IMG/VR virus record: IMGVR_UViG_3300050821_001428 | Location: 80,268-144,267 of that record | Reading direction: 5' to 3' (one strand) | DNA length: 64,000 nucleotides | From: a virus | Shown: positions 1 through 11,269 of the stretch, one piece after another | How the letters are laid out: every line of letters starts with the position of its first letter | Position numbering within the stretch: position 1 is the first letter of the stretch | Position numbers and translations under genes: made by a program | The notes under the pieces: generated by a model | Told to the model about the DNA's origin: nothing | Databases searched by the model: none | What the model saw: the letters and a program-made list of their open reading frames with translations, nothing else

Positions 1-765
1 TCTTCGCATATCGAAATATAAACTAGCAACAGCGTCCGAAGCGGGGAGAGCAGGACTCATCCAGTAATTCCCGATACCTCCGATATTTACCTGTGAAGCA
101 TTAATATTACTCACCGGGGTAGTTAGCACAACCGATCTATATGGATTATTCAAGAAATCCGTCCCGCTATCTCCCGCTAGACTTAATACCCTGAAATTAC
201 AGGATACGGGTTCGTTATCACTAGATAATGATGTTATCATATTTTGTGAGTATGGTGATGCTTCAAGATTCGTTACGATAAATCCTTGAATACGGTTATC
301 GTATCCGCCGGTTCCTAGATGGAAGAATGGGATATAATCGATATCCGTACACTCTAGCTGTATAATCCAGATATTATTGATCGTGTCTGTAGTCACCGGT
401 ATAGCCTGATCAAATATAATATCGAACCAGACCATACCGCTCTTAGATGCACCCTGGGTAGTGCCACTACCAACCTCGGTTATTTGGGATGTTACATTAC
501 CTACACCAAACACCGGTTGGGTAACGTATCCAATCGTCCAGTTAAAAGCCGCAGTAGTTGTATCTGTGATATGGGTTAATATTTGGAACCCACTAATATC
601 GGGGATACGTTGTTCGGCAGGGTTGGAGCCACGCGCATACCCATCTGGAAGCATGAAAGTTTGGCAAATTACACTGCTATCAGATGCATCCCATACGTGA
701 TCATAACCATAATTATAGTCAATGCTAATGCTAGAGTAGTCTCGACTTATGATATTCACATACAT
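1..765 (-). CDS. Baseplate/tail structural protein, partial (runs off the left edge)
   Basis: Not in the ORF track. Hand translation from the ATG overlapping the upstream stop (TAATG at 767-763) gives 255 open codons: MYVNIISRDYSS...DFLNNPYRSVV...YWMSPALPASDAVASLYFDMRR. It follows the baseplate genes. Confidence 0.7.
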   Translation of the reverse strand, partial: MYVNIISRDYSSISIDYNYGYDHVWDASDSSVICQTFMLPDGYARGSNPAEQRIPDISGFQILTHITDTTTAAFNWTIGYVTQPVFGVGNVTSQITEVGSGTTQGASKSGMVWFDIIFDQAIPVTTDTINNIWIIQLECTDIDYIPFFHLGTGGYDNRIQGFIVTNLEASPYSQNMITSLSSDNEPVSCNFRVLSLAGDSGTDFLNNPYRSVVLTTPVSNINASQVNIGGIGNYWMSPALPASDAVASLYFDMRR

Positions 766-3002
766 TACGCGGCTGAGGTAAATGAAACCCCAAAACTGTT
801 CGCAACACGGCCTATACGCAGGTTTCTAACCTCGATGCTATAAGCCGCCTGATTGCTGCCGATTTGGAAAGGCTCGCCTTGCGATGTGCGGGTAAATCCG
901 ATACGGATATAGCGTGAATAAATCATAGTATCGAGTGCATTAGTAATCGGTAGATACACAATCGTCCATGGATTGGTGTTAGATGCAGAATAAGATAATG
1001 AAGTGACACTTGGCAAGATTGTCGATATCTCTGCATCTATAAACTCTCGACTATTTGGCTGATCTAGAGATTCATAAGCCACTGAAATAGAGTATGGTTT
1101 GTTAGTAGCTTCAAAACATATGAAATTCACTGGTTGTGTAGATCCAAGATCAATCTCAAGATAATCTGTACCGGTTGCCCGTTCATATGAAGACCAGAAA
1201 GGACCGCCAGTCAGCGAGTTGTAATTAACTCCGGGTAAGTTTAAATATGATGTTGGATAAGTATCATTAATCAGTGTCACCAAATCATTTGTCACCGTAG
1301 TTATCAGAGGTTGATTCGGTTGGATAGCCTCAGCATACATGGGCTGATATATCGTTGAGCTATCCTGATACTGGGATAGCATGGGATACAGCAGTTGTTG
1401 TACCTGATTAAATTTGCCTACATGGGTATCATAATATGAAGCCCAAAAGGGCTGAACGGATGCGGCTTGTGGTGTGTTATAATTAGGATCGACAAGCGCA
1501 CCCTCATTATACGCTACGATATCAAGGATATTGTGAAAATTAGTATACTGACTCTGATAGCCGCCAGACAATTGTGGCGCTTCATGCTCTATATCTGGTT
1601 CTATCCAATTGGTTATATTATCGGGGGATGGCCAATTAACAGCCGGGTTACCAGTCACATAAGGTTGTACCGTGACATAAGCCTGATCAGCGAAATAAGA
1701 GCTTGGTGATTGACGTGTGTATAAGCTCTGTCCATCAACGACAGATATTAGAGATGTTTGGGGACGAAGAATATCCACCGCCTCCAACATCAATGCCAGG
1801 TCAGCCTCGGCAAAATTAATCCCTAACCCATCGATATCTGTGCCCGCTATACCTACATCAACAATAGGGGTAGTCGCCGGGGTAAGGCCCGACGATCCGC
1901 TCGTTACATCGGCTATGGTCTTGATAACCAATGACCCAATACTGGTATTAGCAAGTTCCCCGGTAAAGATCACCTGGATAGGTTTATAAGGCAATGGACC
2001 ACCTAGACAAACTACATTTTGTAATCCGCCGATAATAGGCAGTACACCAAGTGCTTCACGTACTGTGTCAGCCGTGGCATTATAAGGGATTGGTGCTGTC
2101 TCAGCGCGACTAATAGATATTCCTCCGGTAAATGTGGCACCGGTTGTGTATACGGGGTTTGTAGTTATAGTGTGACTACCGAGGATAGCTGTGCATGTCC
2201 ACACGTTACTTGGATTACCGCCGTCGATATTTGGGCCATAAAACCAACCATTAGCTGAGAACAATTTGCTATTGGGGACAGTGACCGTACCATCAGCATT
2301 AAATGTCATAGATATTTTGGAGGTTACGAAAGGTGGCCCGATAGGAACAATGATTGTAAATTCCCCACTAGTAGGAATAGTCGAGAACTCAAATGTCTGT
2401 GCTACATTTTGAGGTATATTATTACGAGGTATGAGGACAACTTCATCTAAACTATCAGTAGATCCCAAATAAGGTAAGCGAAGGGGCGCATCTGTGTACT
2501 GATCGACTAATGCCTTGTAATTCTCTATTGCCTCGACGTTCTGCCCTAGTCCCGAGGATGCGGTTAGAGAAATACCTAAAACACTACCACCTGCGCGAAC
2601 CGCCTGAATCCATAAACGGGCGCGGTTGCGGAATGAGGCATCTGCTGCTAGTATTTGCGCCCTTTGTGCCACCGGTAAAAGTTGCGCCTGGGCGTCCCAC
2701 AAGTATGATTCCTCAGTTAGACGCTGAAAACCAAACGCACCTGTATATAAGGCATCTAGATTAGCATCTGTAATATTACCTGCTTCGGTCTGAAGACGTT
2801 CAAGAAAGTATGACTCTTCAAGTAGTCCGGCACCAGCCGGACCTAGCAATGCATACATCAGGATCGATAAATGCGAATCTACAGATTTGTTATAAACCGC
2901 ATCCGGGAAATTACTAAGGAATGTAGAACTATTCGAAGCCCCATTCAGCGCATCGATAAAGAAACTTTGGTCGATTATGTTCGTAAGAATCGGCGCAGAC
3001 AT
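765..3002 (-). CDS. Baseplate wedge/structural protein with C-terminal discoidin-like beta-sandwich
   Basis: 745 aa, directly after baseplate J. N-terminal wedge-like segment (LDALYTGAFGFQR...FRNR). C-terminal YLEIDLG...VNFICFE...RYIRI pattern. Confidence 0.65.
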   Translation of the reverse strand: MSAPILTNIIDQSFFIDALNGASNSSTFLSNFPDAVYNKSVDSHLSILMYALLGPAGAGLLEESYFLERLQTEAGNITDANLDALYTGAFGFQRLTEESYLWDAQAQLLPVAQRAQILAADASFRNRARLWIQAVRAGGSVLGISLTASSGLGQNVEAIENYKALVDQYTDAPLRLPYLGSTDSLDEVVLIPRNNIPQNVAQTFEFSTIPTSGEFTIIVPIGPPFVTSKISMTFNADGTVTVPNSKLFSANGWFYGPNIDGGNPSNVWTCTAILGSHTITTNPVYTTGATFTGGISISRAETAPIPYNATADTVREALGVLPIIGGLQNVVCLGGPLPYKPIQVIFTGELANTSIGSLVIKTIADVTSGSSGLTPATTPIVDVGIAGTDIDGLGINFAEADLALMLEAVDILRPQTSLISVVDGQSLYTRQSPSSYFADQAYVTVQPYVTGNPAVNWPSPDNITNWIEPDIEHEAPQLSGGYQSQYTNFHNILDIVAYNEGALVDPNYNTPQAASVQPFWASYYDTHVGKFNQVQQLLYPMLSQYQDSSTIYQPMYAEAIQPNQPLITTVTNDLVTLINDTYPTSYLNLPGVNYNSLTGGPFWSSYERATGTDYLEIDLGSTQPVNFICFEATNKPYSISVAYESLDQPNSREFIDAEISTILPSVTSLSYSASNTNPWTIVYLPITNALDTMIYSRYIRIGFTRTSQGEPFQIGSNQAAYSIEVRNLRIGRVANSFGVSFTSAA

Positions 3003-6000
3003 TAGTTGATTACTGGTCTATAAAATGTGTTCTCGGCGCGTGTCTGAGCAATCAAACCTGGCAACGTGTCGCCTGCAACCATACCCATTGGTAAGGCGGG
3101 AAGCTCGTCATCCATTAGAAAGAAATCGGTATTATATAGATATATACCCTGGGAAATAGTATTCAATACAGTAGGTACAACTGGCTGTGGGGGAGTAACA
3201 ACCCCGCCAGTTGTCAATATCCCTGACGGGACTCCACCAGCTATAGTGTTACACCCTGTAAACGTTGTGCTTGTTGTACCTGTATAAGAAATTACAGCGA
3301 TACCATTACCAGTCTCAACATTGATCGTTCCGGTCGTTGGATATGCGGGTGATACGGTAGTAGAGGCAACGTTTAGCACACCGGACCCGGTAAAGGTAGA
3401 TACATCAATATTATTAGATCCGGACGCCACGGTAGTCGCGGGAGTAGCGTAAGTAACCAGATATTGCGTGTATGGATTAAGAGTATCCGGAGATCGATAT
3501 AGCTGTGTGACTGTAACCCCATTTTGATATGGCAATGCAAAACTTTCTATTACCGTGTTGATTGCAGTTTGTATATCCGAAGCTGAGGCCGTGTAAGATA
3601 TAGGATTGGTTGTAAATGTCCCTAGCACGCTATCATTCCATGTTAATCTGTAATTATCGGTTGAACCGAAATTAGCCCCGGTGACCTGGAGGGTAAAGGA
3701 TGCTTTGTTAGCCGATGAGTATGGGGCATAACGGTCTGTTTGAACCCCAGCTAGAGGATTTCCGTTAATATCGGTTTCAATCACTCTAATCTGATTTGGT
3801 GGAGTAGGTAGGTCATTGCTCCAGCGTACATTTTGCACACCAGATACGGCACCAATCTGCTCCAAGATGCTAGATAGCTGTACAATCGTTCCAAAATACT
3901 GATTATTAAGATAATTAGATAAGGTTGACGTGATAGCTGACTGCACACCGGCAGCGCCAGCATTTTGTGCGTACATTAAGGTAACGTCAAATTTGAAATA
4001 ACGTATCTTAGCACCATGCGCCAGCACATCTGTAGTTACAGGAGATTGTGCGTCATAGGTCGCCTGCATATTGATGATATTCGCATCGTTGGAATAATTA
4101 TCTACTTCAATAGGAAGTTTACTCTGACCATAATTCATCACCGTAGATGTGCTATCCCCACCGGGTAGATATCCGGAGTTGTCGATAGGTGGTGTAGTTT
4201 GATTGTCGCCCCAGAATTGATAGGACCATTCAATACCATCCCGGCCTCTAATGCTATTAGCTAACTCATCGATTTCATGGACTAACCAATAATGTACGTC
4301 CAAGAAGAAGGTTGCGCCGTCTGGTCCTGTAATAGAAGCTGGTAAGCTTGTGATAGGGGGATTGAAAAGAGGGGTCCAGTGATTACCAATGTTAGGACGA
4401 CGCTCGGGTTCGCCATCTCTACGGAAATTATCTACATAAAACGGACTAGATGTCGTGTTAGTAAAGATTGCAGTCAGCGGGTTCGTGCTAGATGATGGGG
4501 GCATGAATACGCACGATGTCTGCTGGGGATTAGATCCATTGACGTATACATCAATACAGTTATTAAGATTAATATTTAGATTATTACGTGATGCCGTCGA
4601 GACATAGCGGAATTCAGACTGGATCACTTGGCCAGGGGTAAGGGTCTGCACGGTGATTAGATTATCTGCTGGGTTAACTATTTCTGAATTAGTTACCCAT
4701 TCCCCAGTAGTCGTATCAAATAGTCTTGTGTATTGGCCAGTAGCGACATCAATAACGCTATTGATATTAGTAAACGTGAAATTAGGACGTTCTTCCGTAT
4801 CGGTGGGAATTAGGTAGATCGGGTATCCAACAAATGTCTTAGCTGTTCCACCATACGTCGGGACTGTGTTACAACCCGTAAACTCCGGTGTATACTGACC
4901 GCCACTCGTATTGATATCGATGTTTGTATAAGTGACCGTGTACCAATTAAGATCACTAGCATATAGGTATAAAGATCCTGAGGTTGGGAAACCTGTGGTG
5001 GATTCTACCGGTATTGCGAAATTAGTCCCGTTTAGCGAAATCTCGCCCGTAGAAGGAGGGCCAGCCGCAGTAGTCACATGTTCGCGCAACGCATCTCCTT
5101 GTAGGAGAGGTGGGGTATTATATGTATAATCTACATCCTGTTGGTAGTAGTAGGTGCCCGTACCATTATCAGAAATAAATGTAGGAATAGAAGTGAAAAG
5201 ATTCTTTGCGTACGGAATATCGGATAGTGCCGTGGTCCATAAACCACCGGCACTTGCGCCAGCGGTCATCGCTTGAATATTCCCATTGATCAATTGGATA
5301 GAGCTATTAACAATCCCTGCATCATCGGCGTTAGGGACTTGGATATATTCGATAAATGTAGATTGTTGACCAATACATACAGCTTTGGTAGTAAATGCCC
5401 CTGCAAGAGCTACTGCTAGATATGAACTGGTTGTACCAGATAGGTTGCGCGCCCATGTGTTCTGGAAACGCGATTTAAAGATATCATCATCTTCCGGATC
5501 TAATCCATTTGTAATCGCCGTAGGATTAGATACCGATGAAACTCCTGCGGGGATTGTCCCTACAAACTGATTTAAGGCACCAGCAGGAACGTTTGTCGCA
5601 ACACCAGCGGTAACGGCCTGCACTGGTACAGGGGCGCTAGCGGTTTCGCCTTGGGCAATTGTTCCCGGGGAGGATGTAGAGTATTGTACGGTTGTCGGGC
5701 TATTAGTATTAACACCATTAGCTTGAATTACCAACCCTTGTGAGATAGTAATGTTAGTAGGGGCGGGGGATGGCCGTCTAAACACAACATAACCCTGGGC
5801 GGGCGTAGCCTTCTGGCGTTGCATACCAAAATTAGCTGTAAATTGATCAAGTTGGGAGCCGACCTTTGAGTTAATATTCAAGGCGTTAGATAGCCCCGTC
5901 ATGTTTACTTGGCTAGCGGCAAGCGTCTGGGCTACAGACGAGAACATCTTGTATTCTGGACTTCCAACCGCGCCACTAAAGCTAGGATCAAGCAAGCGGG

Positions 6001-6052
6001 CTTGTACTATCATCTGGTTTAGCCAGTCGTCTGCTGTTAATACGATAGACAT
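3002..6052 (-). CDS. Baseplate J-like wedge protein with inserted Ser/Thr-rich beta domains
   Basis: 1016 aa. LDQFTANFGMQRQKATPAQGYVVF...VPVQAVTAG..TNVPAG...VSNPTAITNGLDPEDD..FKSR is typical of baseplate J. Confidence 0.9.
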   Translation of the reverse strand: MSIVLTADDWLNQMIVQARLLDPSFSGAVGSPEYKMFSSVAQTLAASQVNMTGLSNALNINSKVGSQLDQFTANFGMQRQKATPAQGYVVFRRPSPAPTNITISQGLVIQANGVNTNSPTTVQYSTSSPGTIAQGETASAPVPVQAVTAGVATNVPAGALNQFVGTIPAGVSSVSNPTAITNGLDPEDDDIFKSRFQNTWARNLSGTTSSYLAVALAGAFTTKAVCIGQQSTFIEYIQVPNADDAGIVNSSIQLINGNIQAMTAGASAGGLWTTALSDIPYAKNLFTSIPTFISDNGTGTYYYQQDVDYTYNTPPLLQGDALREHVTTAAGPPSTGEISLNGTNFAIPVESTTGFPTSGSLYLYASDLNWYTVTYTNIDINTSGGQYTPEFTGCNTVPTYGGTAKTFVGYPIYLIPTDTEERPNFTFTNINSVIDVATGQYTRLFDTTTGEWVTNSEIVNPADNLITVQTLTPGQVIQSEFRYVSTASRNNLNINLNNCIDVYVNGSNPQQTSCVFMPPSSSTNPLTAIFTNTTSSPFYVDNFRRDGEPERRPNIGNHWTPLFNPPITSLPASITGPDGATFFLDVHYWLVHEIDELANSIRGRDGIEWSYQFWGDNQTTPPIDNSGYLPGGDSTSTVMNYGQSKLPIEVDNYSNDANIINMQATYDAQSPVTTDVLAHGAKIRYFKFDVTLMYAQNAGAAGVQSAITSTLSNYLNNQYFGTIVQLSSILEQIGAVSGVQNVRWSNDLPTPPNQIRVIETDINGNPLAGVQTDRYAPYSSANKASFTLQVTGANFGSTDNYRLTWNDSVLGTFTTNPISYTASASDIQTAINTVIESFALPYQNGVTVTQLYRSPDTLNPYTQYLVTYATPATTVASGSNNIDVSTFTGSGVLNVASTTVSPAYPTTGTINVETGNGIAVISYTGTTSTTFTGCNTIAGGVPSGILTTGGVVTPPQPVVPTVLNTISQGIYLYNTDFFLMDDELPALPMGMVAGDTLPGLIAQTRAENTFYRPVIN

Positions 6053-6514
6053 TTAGCCACCCACACTCGATGTTAGTAGTGATGTGCCAGAACCGGTTGT
6101 TAATGTCGCGGTCATATGTACCATTGTTTCTACTTGTTGAATATTAATATTTGAAACACCTAGTAATGCCTCACCAGCGGTCAGTGTGGAAGATCCGTAG
6201 GTCGAGAGATCATTCTGGTTACGTTGAACCTGTAGCATTTGATAGTTCTGACAAATACGTTGAATTTCAGCCTGAATCATAGCGGCTACATCCTGATCGT
6301 TATTACTACCAATTAATCCATGGTAAACATTACCATCGGCATCAATTCCGCCTTCGATGATAGACCCAAAATTAGGATCATTATAATCTGTACCTAGGGG
6401 TTCAAGAATGCAGCAAGACAGGTCTTGCACAAGTTTGTTTGCACCTGTTACGGTATTCAAACCCTTTGGGCCGTAGGAGATATCTCCATTAGATATTGCT
6501 AGTGACCAACTCAT
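6053..6514 (-). CDS. Baseplate wedge subunit (gp25/W-like)
   Basis: 153 aa. KLVQDL..ILEPLGTDYNDPNFGS motif, located between the spike and baseplate J. Confidence 0.8.
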   Translation of the reverse strand: MSWSLAISNGDISYGPKGLNTVTGANKLVQDLSCCILEPLGTDYNDPNFGSIIEGGIDADGNVYHGLIGSNNDQDVAAMIQAEIQRICQNYQMLQVQRNQNDLSTYGSSTLTAGEALLGVSNINIQQVETMVHMTATLTTGSGTSLLTSSVGG

Positions 6515-6544
6515 TCAATGATTACACTTGTGTAGTAGTAAAAA

Positions 6545-7468
6545 TCATGAACCGTGGACAATAAACCAATTGACAACGCTTACCGGAGGTAGAATATTCA
6601 TAGGGGTACTGCTACCCACCGAGGAAGTGATAGCCTCCCCGCCATAATGCGAGACACCGTTTAAGGGAGGTGAGTTGCTATCTCCCCCTAGCCAGATACT
6701 AGTTGTGTCACTACCATGGCTGATATCTAATCCGGTAGTATGCGTGTGGCTCGTTATCTCCGATGTTAGCTGTACATGAGATTGCTCTCCACCCGGGCCA
6801 TATACCGGTTCGTTACCAATATCCCAAGTAGTTCCGTGGTCAGCATCGCTAACACCAGCGCCCAAAGGTACACGTCCGGTAAGTTTAGGCACCCTTAGAC
6901 CACTTCCAGATTTATACGCCGGGTGAATATTAGCGAATAGATTAGGGTAATCTGTCTCGGCGTTAGGGTAGAACTGTCCATCGCATAATAGGGCACCTGG
7001 GTAAGTAGCCGTCGCAGCCGGGACTAACGCCCCTGGTCTAATTGGCATCAATTGTGTAACAACACCCGCATGAGAGTAAGCTAGATTTTCTCCGTTAAAA
7101 AATATCTCAAAGTCAACATTGTTGTTATCGGCGTCGGGGATACTACCAACGACCGCCACCTTACCCGTGTCTGAGTTTAGAACTAAATCACCTTGGTCGT
7201 AATCTGTAAAGGAATTCGCCGCAGCCGTCTGCTGGGGAAATAATCCATCCAAATACCAAGACCCGTTATATTGAATAACCATCCATGTTTCCCCAACCAC
7301 CGGCCAACGAAAAGCAGGGGAGATATTATATAAACAAATCTGGATGGCTTTACCGGATTTGATAGCGCCTTCGATGATAGGCGCGGGCGCTCCGATTGAC
7401 GTTGTAGCATTAGGATCAACCGTGGTTATTACGCATGTGTATCTAATTGTACCCGATTGTATAGCCAT
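6545..7468 (-). CDS. Baseplate spike-like (OB-fold) protein fused to a tail-collar/short-fibre domain
   Basis: N-terminal RWPVVGETWMV. C-terminal LLCDGQ..YPNLFA..VPKLTGRVPLGAG..GGEQSH..HTH..MNILPP..VNWFI matches the phage tail collar pattern. Confidence 0.7.
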   Translation of the reverse strand: MAIQSGTIRYTCVITTVDPNATTSIGAPAPIIEGAIKSGKAIQICLYNISPAFRWPVVGETWMVIQYNGSWYLDGLFPQQTAAANSFTDYDQGDLVLNSDTGKVAVVGSIPDADNNNVDFEIFFNGENLAYSHAGVVTQLMPIRPGALVPAATATYPGALLCDGQFYPNAETDYPNLFANIHPAYKSGSGLRVPKLTGRVPLGAGVSDADHGTTWDIGNEPVYGPGGEQSHVQLTSEITSHTHTTGLDISHGSDTTSIWLGGDSNSPPLNGVSHYGGEAITSSVGSSTPMNILPPVSVVNWFIVHGS

Positions 7469-7495
7469 ACTAATTATGTTACTGATCCGTAGATT

Positions 7496-10363
7496 TTAGC
7501 CCCGAATAATATGGTGGCCACCGCCGCCTTGCGCTGGCTTTTTCGGTGTTTTAGGAGGCTTAACTTGGGCATTGCCCGCATCCTGAACCGGCTCACCTAA
7601 GGCAGCAACCATATTAGGCGGTAGTCCGGTTTCACTAGAGGAAAACCCCTTCATGATACTCGGGGAATTAAGCTGTGCCGTTGTCGTGAAACCCGATGTG
7701 TAATCAAAAGTATGAGTTACTTGATTCACATACATCATCAACCCATGTGATGGGAATCCGATCTTCCCTCCCGGGAAGATTTCCGGCATAAAGGTAAAAT
7801 CAAAATGAGATTCAAACTGATTAGACCAAGCTTTCATGAAAAGCTGATAAGCCATAAACATTTCGAATACACCGGAGCGCACCATTGGATATTCTTGGAC
7901 ATAAGGTCTGGCCCCATATCTCTTAATGAAATTCAAAGCGTCTTTGGTTCCCATTACCTCACCGAGTCCAGATTGATCTGTACCATTTTCGATTAGACCC
8001 GGAGATTGAAATGCGTTAAACACTGTAATAGTACCGGCTGAGAATAACTCATTTAACATTGAGTCGTTGATAGGATATGTATTATCTCCGATTGCGTATA
8101 CATGGGTAGCTAGAGAATCATCTGAGATATTGATTGTACCGCTAGTAATTTCGATATCATCAACATACCAATAAGGATCATGGTGGCCCATTTCGCCAAA
8201 ATAATCTGGGTAAAACGCATAGAATGACCCATCGGGCAAGCTCATAAACTCACGCATAGATGCCTGGCATACCTGTTGGATAAATGGCAATAGCGATTGA
8301 TCATGCATCAGACCCTTGCCTTCTGAGCCTAACAAGATAGCGACGATAGAATCTTGAATTGAAGGGAAATCAAGACTCTGCGTAAATGCCTCGGCAGAGG
8401 TCTGACTAATCGTATTACCGCTATTACCACCTCCATCACTACCACCACCCGACGCATCGTTAATCGTCGTTGATCCCGCCGCTATATCCAATCTATATTG
8501 GGCATTAGGGGTAAGAAAGGATGCGGGAATATGATAAGGTTTATATCCTTGATCTGATCTAGCATACAATGGATTACTATCTCCCTTAGATAACCATCGT
8601 GGACCATTGCCAGGTGCGCTGCCATCCGCAGTACCCCAATAATACCCTTTGGTACCTCCAATACGCATAAAAATATGCTCCCCAGGATTATCCCAAATAG
8701 TTATTGACTGTGATGAGTTATCAACATTAGGTACTAATATCCCTTTCTCAATTAATGCATGAACAAGTCTTGAGTCGTTGGGCACCGAACCAGCAGGTAA
8801 TAATCCATCATACAATCCCGCCGCATATAATACAGCAGCAACCGATCCCGAACAATCATATCCCTTTCCGGGAGTCCCCCCGTTTTCTCCCGATGTGCCG
8901 ATAGACGGGACGCCGACTTTGGTATGACCTCCGCCCCAAATATACGGATATTTTTCGTTAGCAATAGCATTCGCGGCCTGTACTATCACATCGTAAGTAC
9001 TAGTAATGGTATCCCCTAGAGCGTTAACATTACCTAACCCATTGGAGTTCATGTATTTAGCTAATGGGCCTGAAAGAGTAAATTTCTTTGTTTTATCTGA
9101 TTTGGACGCTCCGGGTTTACTGCCATCCTTATTATTTGATGAAATTCCTTGTCCGTATTGCTTATATACTTGCTCAGCATGTTGCTGACGCCCTTTCAAA
9201 TTTAATGCCGCCTGGGTTGAGGGCGAATTTTTGGCCTGGCCGTCTTCAAATCCTATCAAAAATGTAAATGCTGCCTGGGATGGGGTACCGGCAGAATTCA
9301 GTTCTGCAATCAGAGCAGAAGACATGTGATTATATATATATAATATCTGACCATTTAGCGTGGTTGGATCTTGTCCATGGTTTTTGCACCACTGAATCAA
9401 ATCAGCATATAAACCGACTCCATTAGCATAGCTGTTGGTAAACTGGGCAATGCCGTAACCCACGCCCTTTTGTCCTAATTGGGCTGTAGTATCCCCTATT
9501 TGGACGGTGGTGGGGCTGAGTGTAGAATCTTCTACGAGAAAATTACCCATCATGCCAGAGGCTGCTATCTCGGTTAAACCAAGGCTTGTTAATCCATTGA
9601 AAATCTTCTGTGCATTGGTATTCCCCGTGAGCGAGGGATTCATGGCTCCGTTTCCTGAACCCTGTCCGTTAGCGCCGAGCATCATCGTAAATACCTGCTG
9701 TAGTTCTGTAGCCGCAGCGGCATCCAATGTATCCATCGCATTCATAAGCGTCAGGACACGATTAACGATACCATTAGCGCCTTGTGGCAATGGCTCGATC
9801 CAGATGTCGCCATCATCCCATTGGCCTACGTCGTACAACAATCCCCAGAGTAATCTGGAGATACTACCATCTTCCAGTTTTGCCTTATTCTGCTTAAGAT
9901 TTTTAGCATTAATACCTGACGCAGAGATAATTGAACCTTGTCCGGTATTGATCCATCCATACTTCTCAAAGAACGAAATCATAAATGGTAACGATGGATC
10001 AAAATATGAATATAACAAACGTTTCAAAGTACATGATGCTTGTAATTGGATAACGGCGGGCTGAAGTTGTAGATAAGGCGTCTGATCTAGATACCCTGTG
10101 AAGACCCTGACCGGAAATCCGGCGATACGCTCCATATAAATCGTAATGGGGTCTTGGGGATGGAACGCAATACCATTGCTAGGGGTAGTAAAAATCTTAT
10201 CCGGGTTACGCAATACCAAAGTAGCCGTAGACACCTGACCGATATTACGTTCGATTTCGCCAGATACAATAAATGGCGAAATATCTAGCGTTACATTCTG
10301 CGCGTTCTTAGTATAAGCATAAACTTTTGGTGAATAAACCAGGCGGTTAGGCATTACCGCCAC
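7496..10363 (-). CDS. Baseplate hub / tail-associated lysin with tail-lysozyme and NlpC/P60 domains
   Basis: 955 aa with hub-like N- and C-termini. Internal AASGMMGNFLVE..GYGIAQFT..QAAFTF..FE (Phage_lysozyme2-like) and YPYIWGGGH...YDCSG...HIFM (NlpC/P60 Cys-His). Confidence 0.85.
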   Translation of the reverse strand: MAVMPNRLVYSPKVYAYTKNAQNVTLDISPFIVSGEIERNIGQVSTATLVLRNPDKIFTTPSNGIAFHPQDPITIYMERIAGFPVRVFTGYLDQTPYLQLQPAVIQLQASCTLKRLLYSYFDPSLPFMISFFEKYGWINTGQGSIISASGINAKNLKQNKAKLEDGSISRLLWGLLYDVGQWDDGDIWIEPLPQGANGIVNRVLTLMNAMDTLDAAAATELQQVFTMMLGANGQGSGNGAMNPSLTGNTNAQKIFNGLTSLGLTEIAASGMMGNFLVEDSTLSPTTVQIGDTTAQLGQKGVGYGIAQFTNSYANGVGLYADLIQWCKNHGQDPTTLNGQILYIYNHMSSALIAELNSAGTPSQAAFTFLIGFEDGQAKNSPSTQAALNLKGRQQHAEQVYKQYGQGISSNNKDGSKPGASKSDKTKKFTLSGPLAKYMNSNGLGNVNALGDTITSTYDVIVQAANAIANEKYPYIWGGGHTKVGVPSIGTSGENGGTPGKGYDCSGSVAAVLYAAGLYDGLLPAGSVPNDSRLVHALIEKGILVPNVDNSSQSITIWDNPGEHIFMRIGGTKGYYWGTADGSAPGNGPRWLSKGDSNPLYARSDQGYKPYHIPASFLTPNAQYRLDIAAGSTTINDASGGGSDGGGNSGNTISQTSAEAFTQSLDFPSIQDSIVAILLGSEGKGLMHDQSLLPFIQQVCQASMREFMSLPDGSFYAFYPDYFGEMGHHDPYWYVDDIEITSGTINISDDSLATHVYAIGDNTYPINDSMLNELFSAGTITVFNAFQSPGLIENGTDQSGLGEVMGTKDALNFIKRYGARPYVQEYPMVRSGVFEMFMAYQLFMKAWSNQFESHFDFTFMPEIFPGGKIGFPSHGLMMYVNQVTHTFDYTSGFTTTAQLNSPSIMKGFSSSETGLPPNMVAALGEPVQDAGNAQVKPPKTPKKPAQGGGGHHIIRG

Positions 10364-11267
10364 CTCCTAATGTTGAGATAACATTGTTAGTAGCGCCCGC
10401 AACCGACTGTAGAGTCTTAACGTTATTCTTTTCGTTCTGCTTAGTAAGCCAGTTTTGTGATTTAGTTCCGTGAAGCATAGCTAGCCATGTCTGGGTTGGT
10501 TTCTCAAATGCTTCTGATTCTGTGAATAACGGGCTACGAAGCATCTGAACGACAATGAAATGCGCCGTCCACGTTGGACGATGATTACCTGCTTGGTGAC
10601 TGCGGGATATGGTGTCTATATACCCCAGGCACATAATTTTGCCATGTCCGCCTACAATGTTCTGATTGTAAGCATGTGGAATTGGTTTTTCATTATTGAT
10701 TTCAAGCGTTACCTTGCGACCATCGGTACGCCCACCTTCCGGAACCGTACCGATACTACGCGCTAGATAAAATTGCACCAAATCTGGCGTTCCACTATGA
10801 TTGATCAATGCATTATGCTGAGACATGTGGATATATTCGGTCAGCGCCCCATAATGCGCTGTGCTATAACATTGCCCTTGAATAGTAAATGATGGTATAG
10901 TGATATTATGTGGATAAAAATCTCTAGTCTTCTGAGACTGAGCGGTCGTTCCTGAAATCCCTAAATCAATTTTAAGGTCATTAACGAATAATGGTACATA
11001 GTATTCGGAATTACAGAAATTAGCGTTAGCGTGTTTTAGGAGATTCCTCCAGCGGTTCTGATAGGCTACTTGGCTAGCCCTTGCATCATAACCGCTGTTC
11101 CAGTCTTGGGAAACCGGCGCGAGCTGACCGTTAGGCCATTGTTGGTATGTAAATCCCAACGCCCCCGGTCCTATAGTTGAAGCAAATTCCGATGAGGGAA
11201 GGGTATCATCCCAAAGCTTGATTGATGGGTTATTCCAGTTGTATGGTATCGCTGGTGGTTTAGCCAT
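10347..11267 (-). CDS. Tail/baseplate structural protein
   Basis: 306 aa, co-oriented between the tape measure region and the hub. Confidence 0.55.
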   Translation of the reverse strand: MAKPPAIPYNWNNPSIKLWDDTLPSSEFASTIGPGALGFTYQQWPNGQLAPVSQDWNSGYDARASQVAYQNRWRNLLKHANANFCNSEYYVPLFVNDLKIDLGISGTTAQSQKTRDFYPHNITIPSFTIQGQCYSTAHYGALTEYIHMSQHNALINHSGTPDLVQFYLARSIGTVPEGGRTDGRKVTLEINNEKPIPHAYNQNIVGGHGKIMCLGYIDTISRSHQAGNHRPTWTAHFIVVQMLRSPLFTESEAFEKPTQTWLAMLHGTKSQNWLTKQNEKNNVKTLQSVAGATNNVISTLGGGGNA

Positions 11268-11269
11268 TA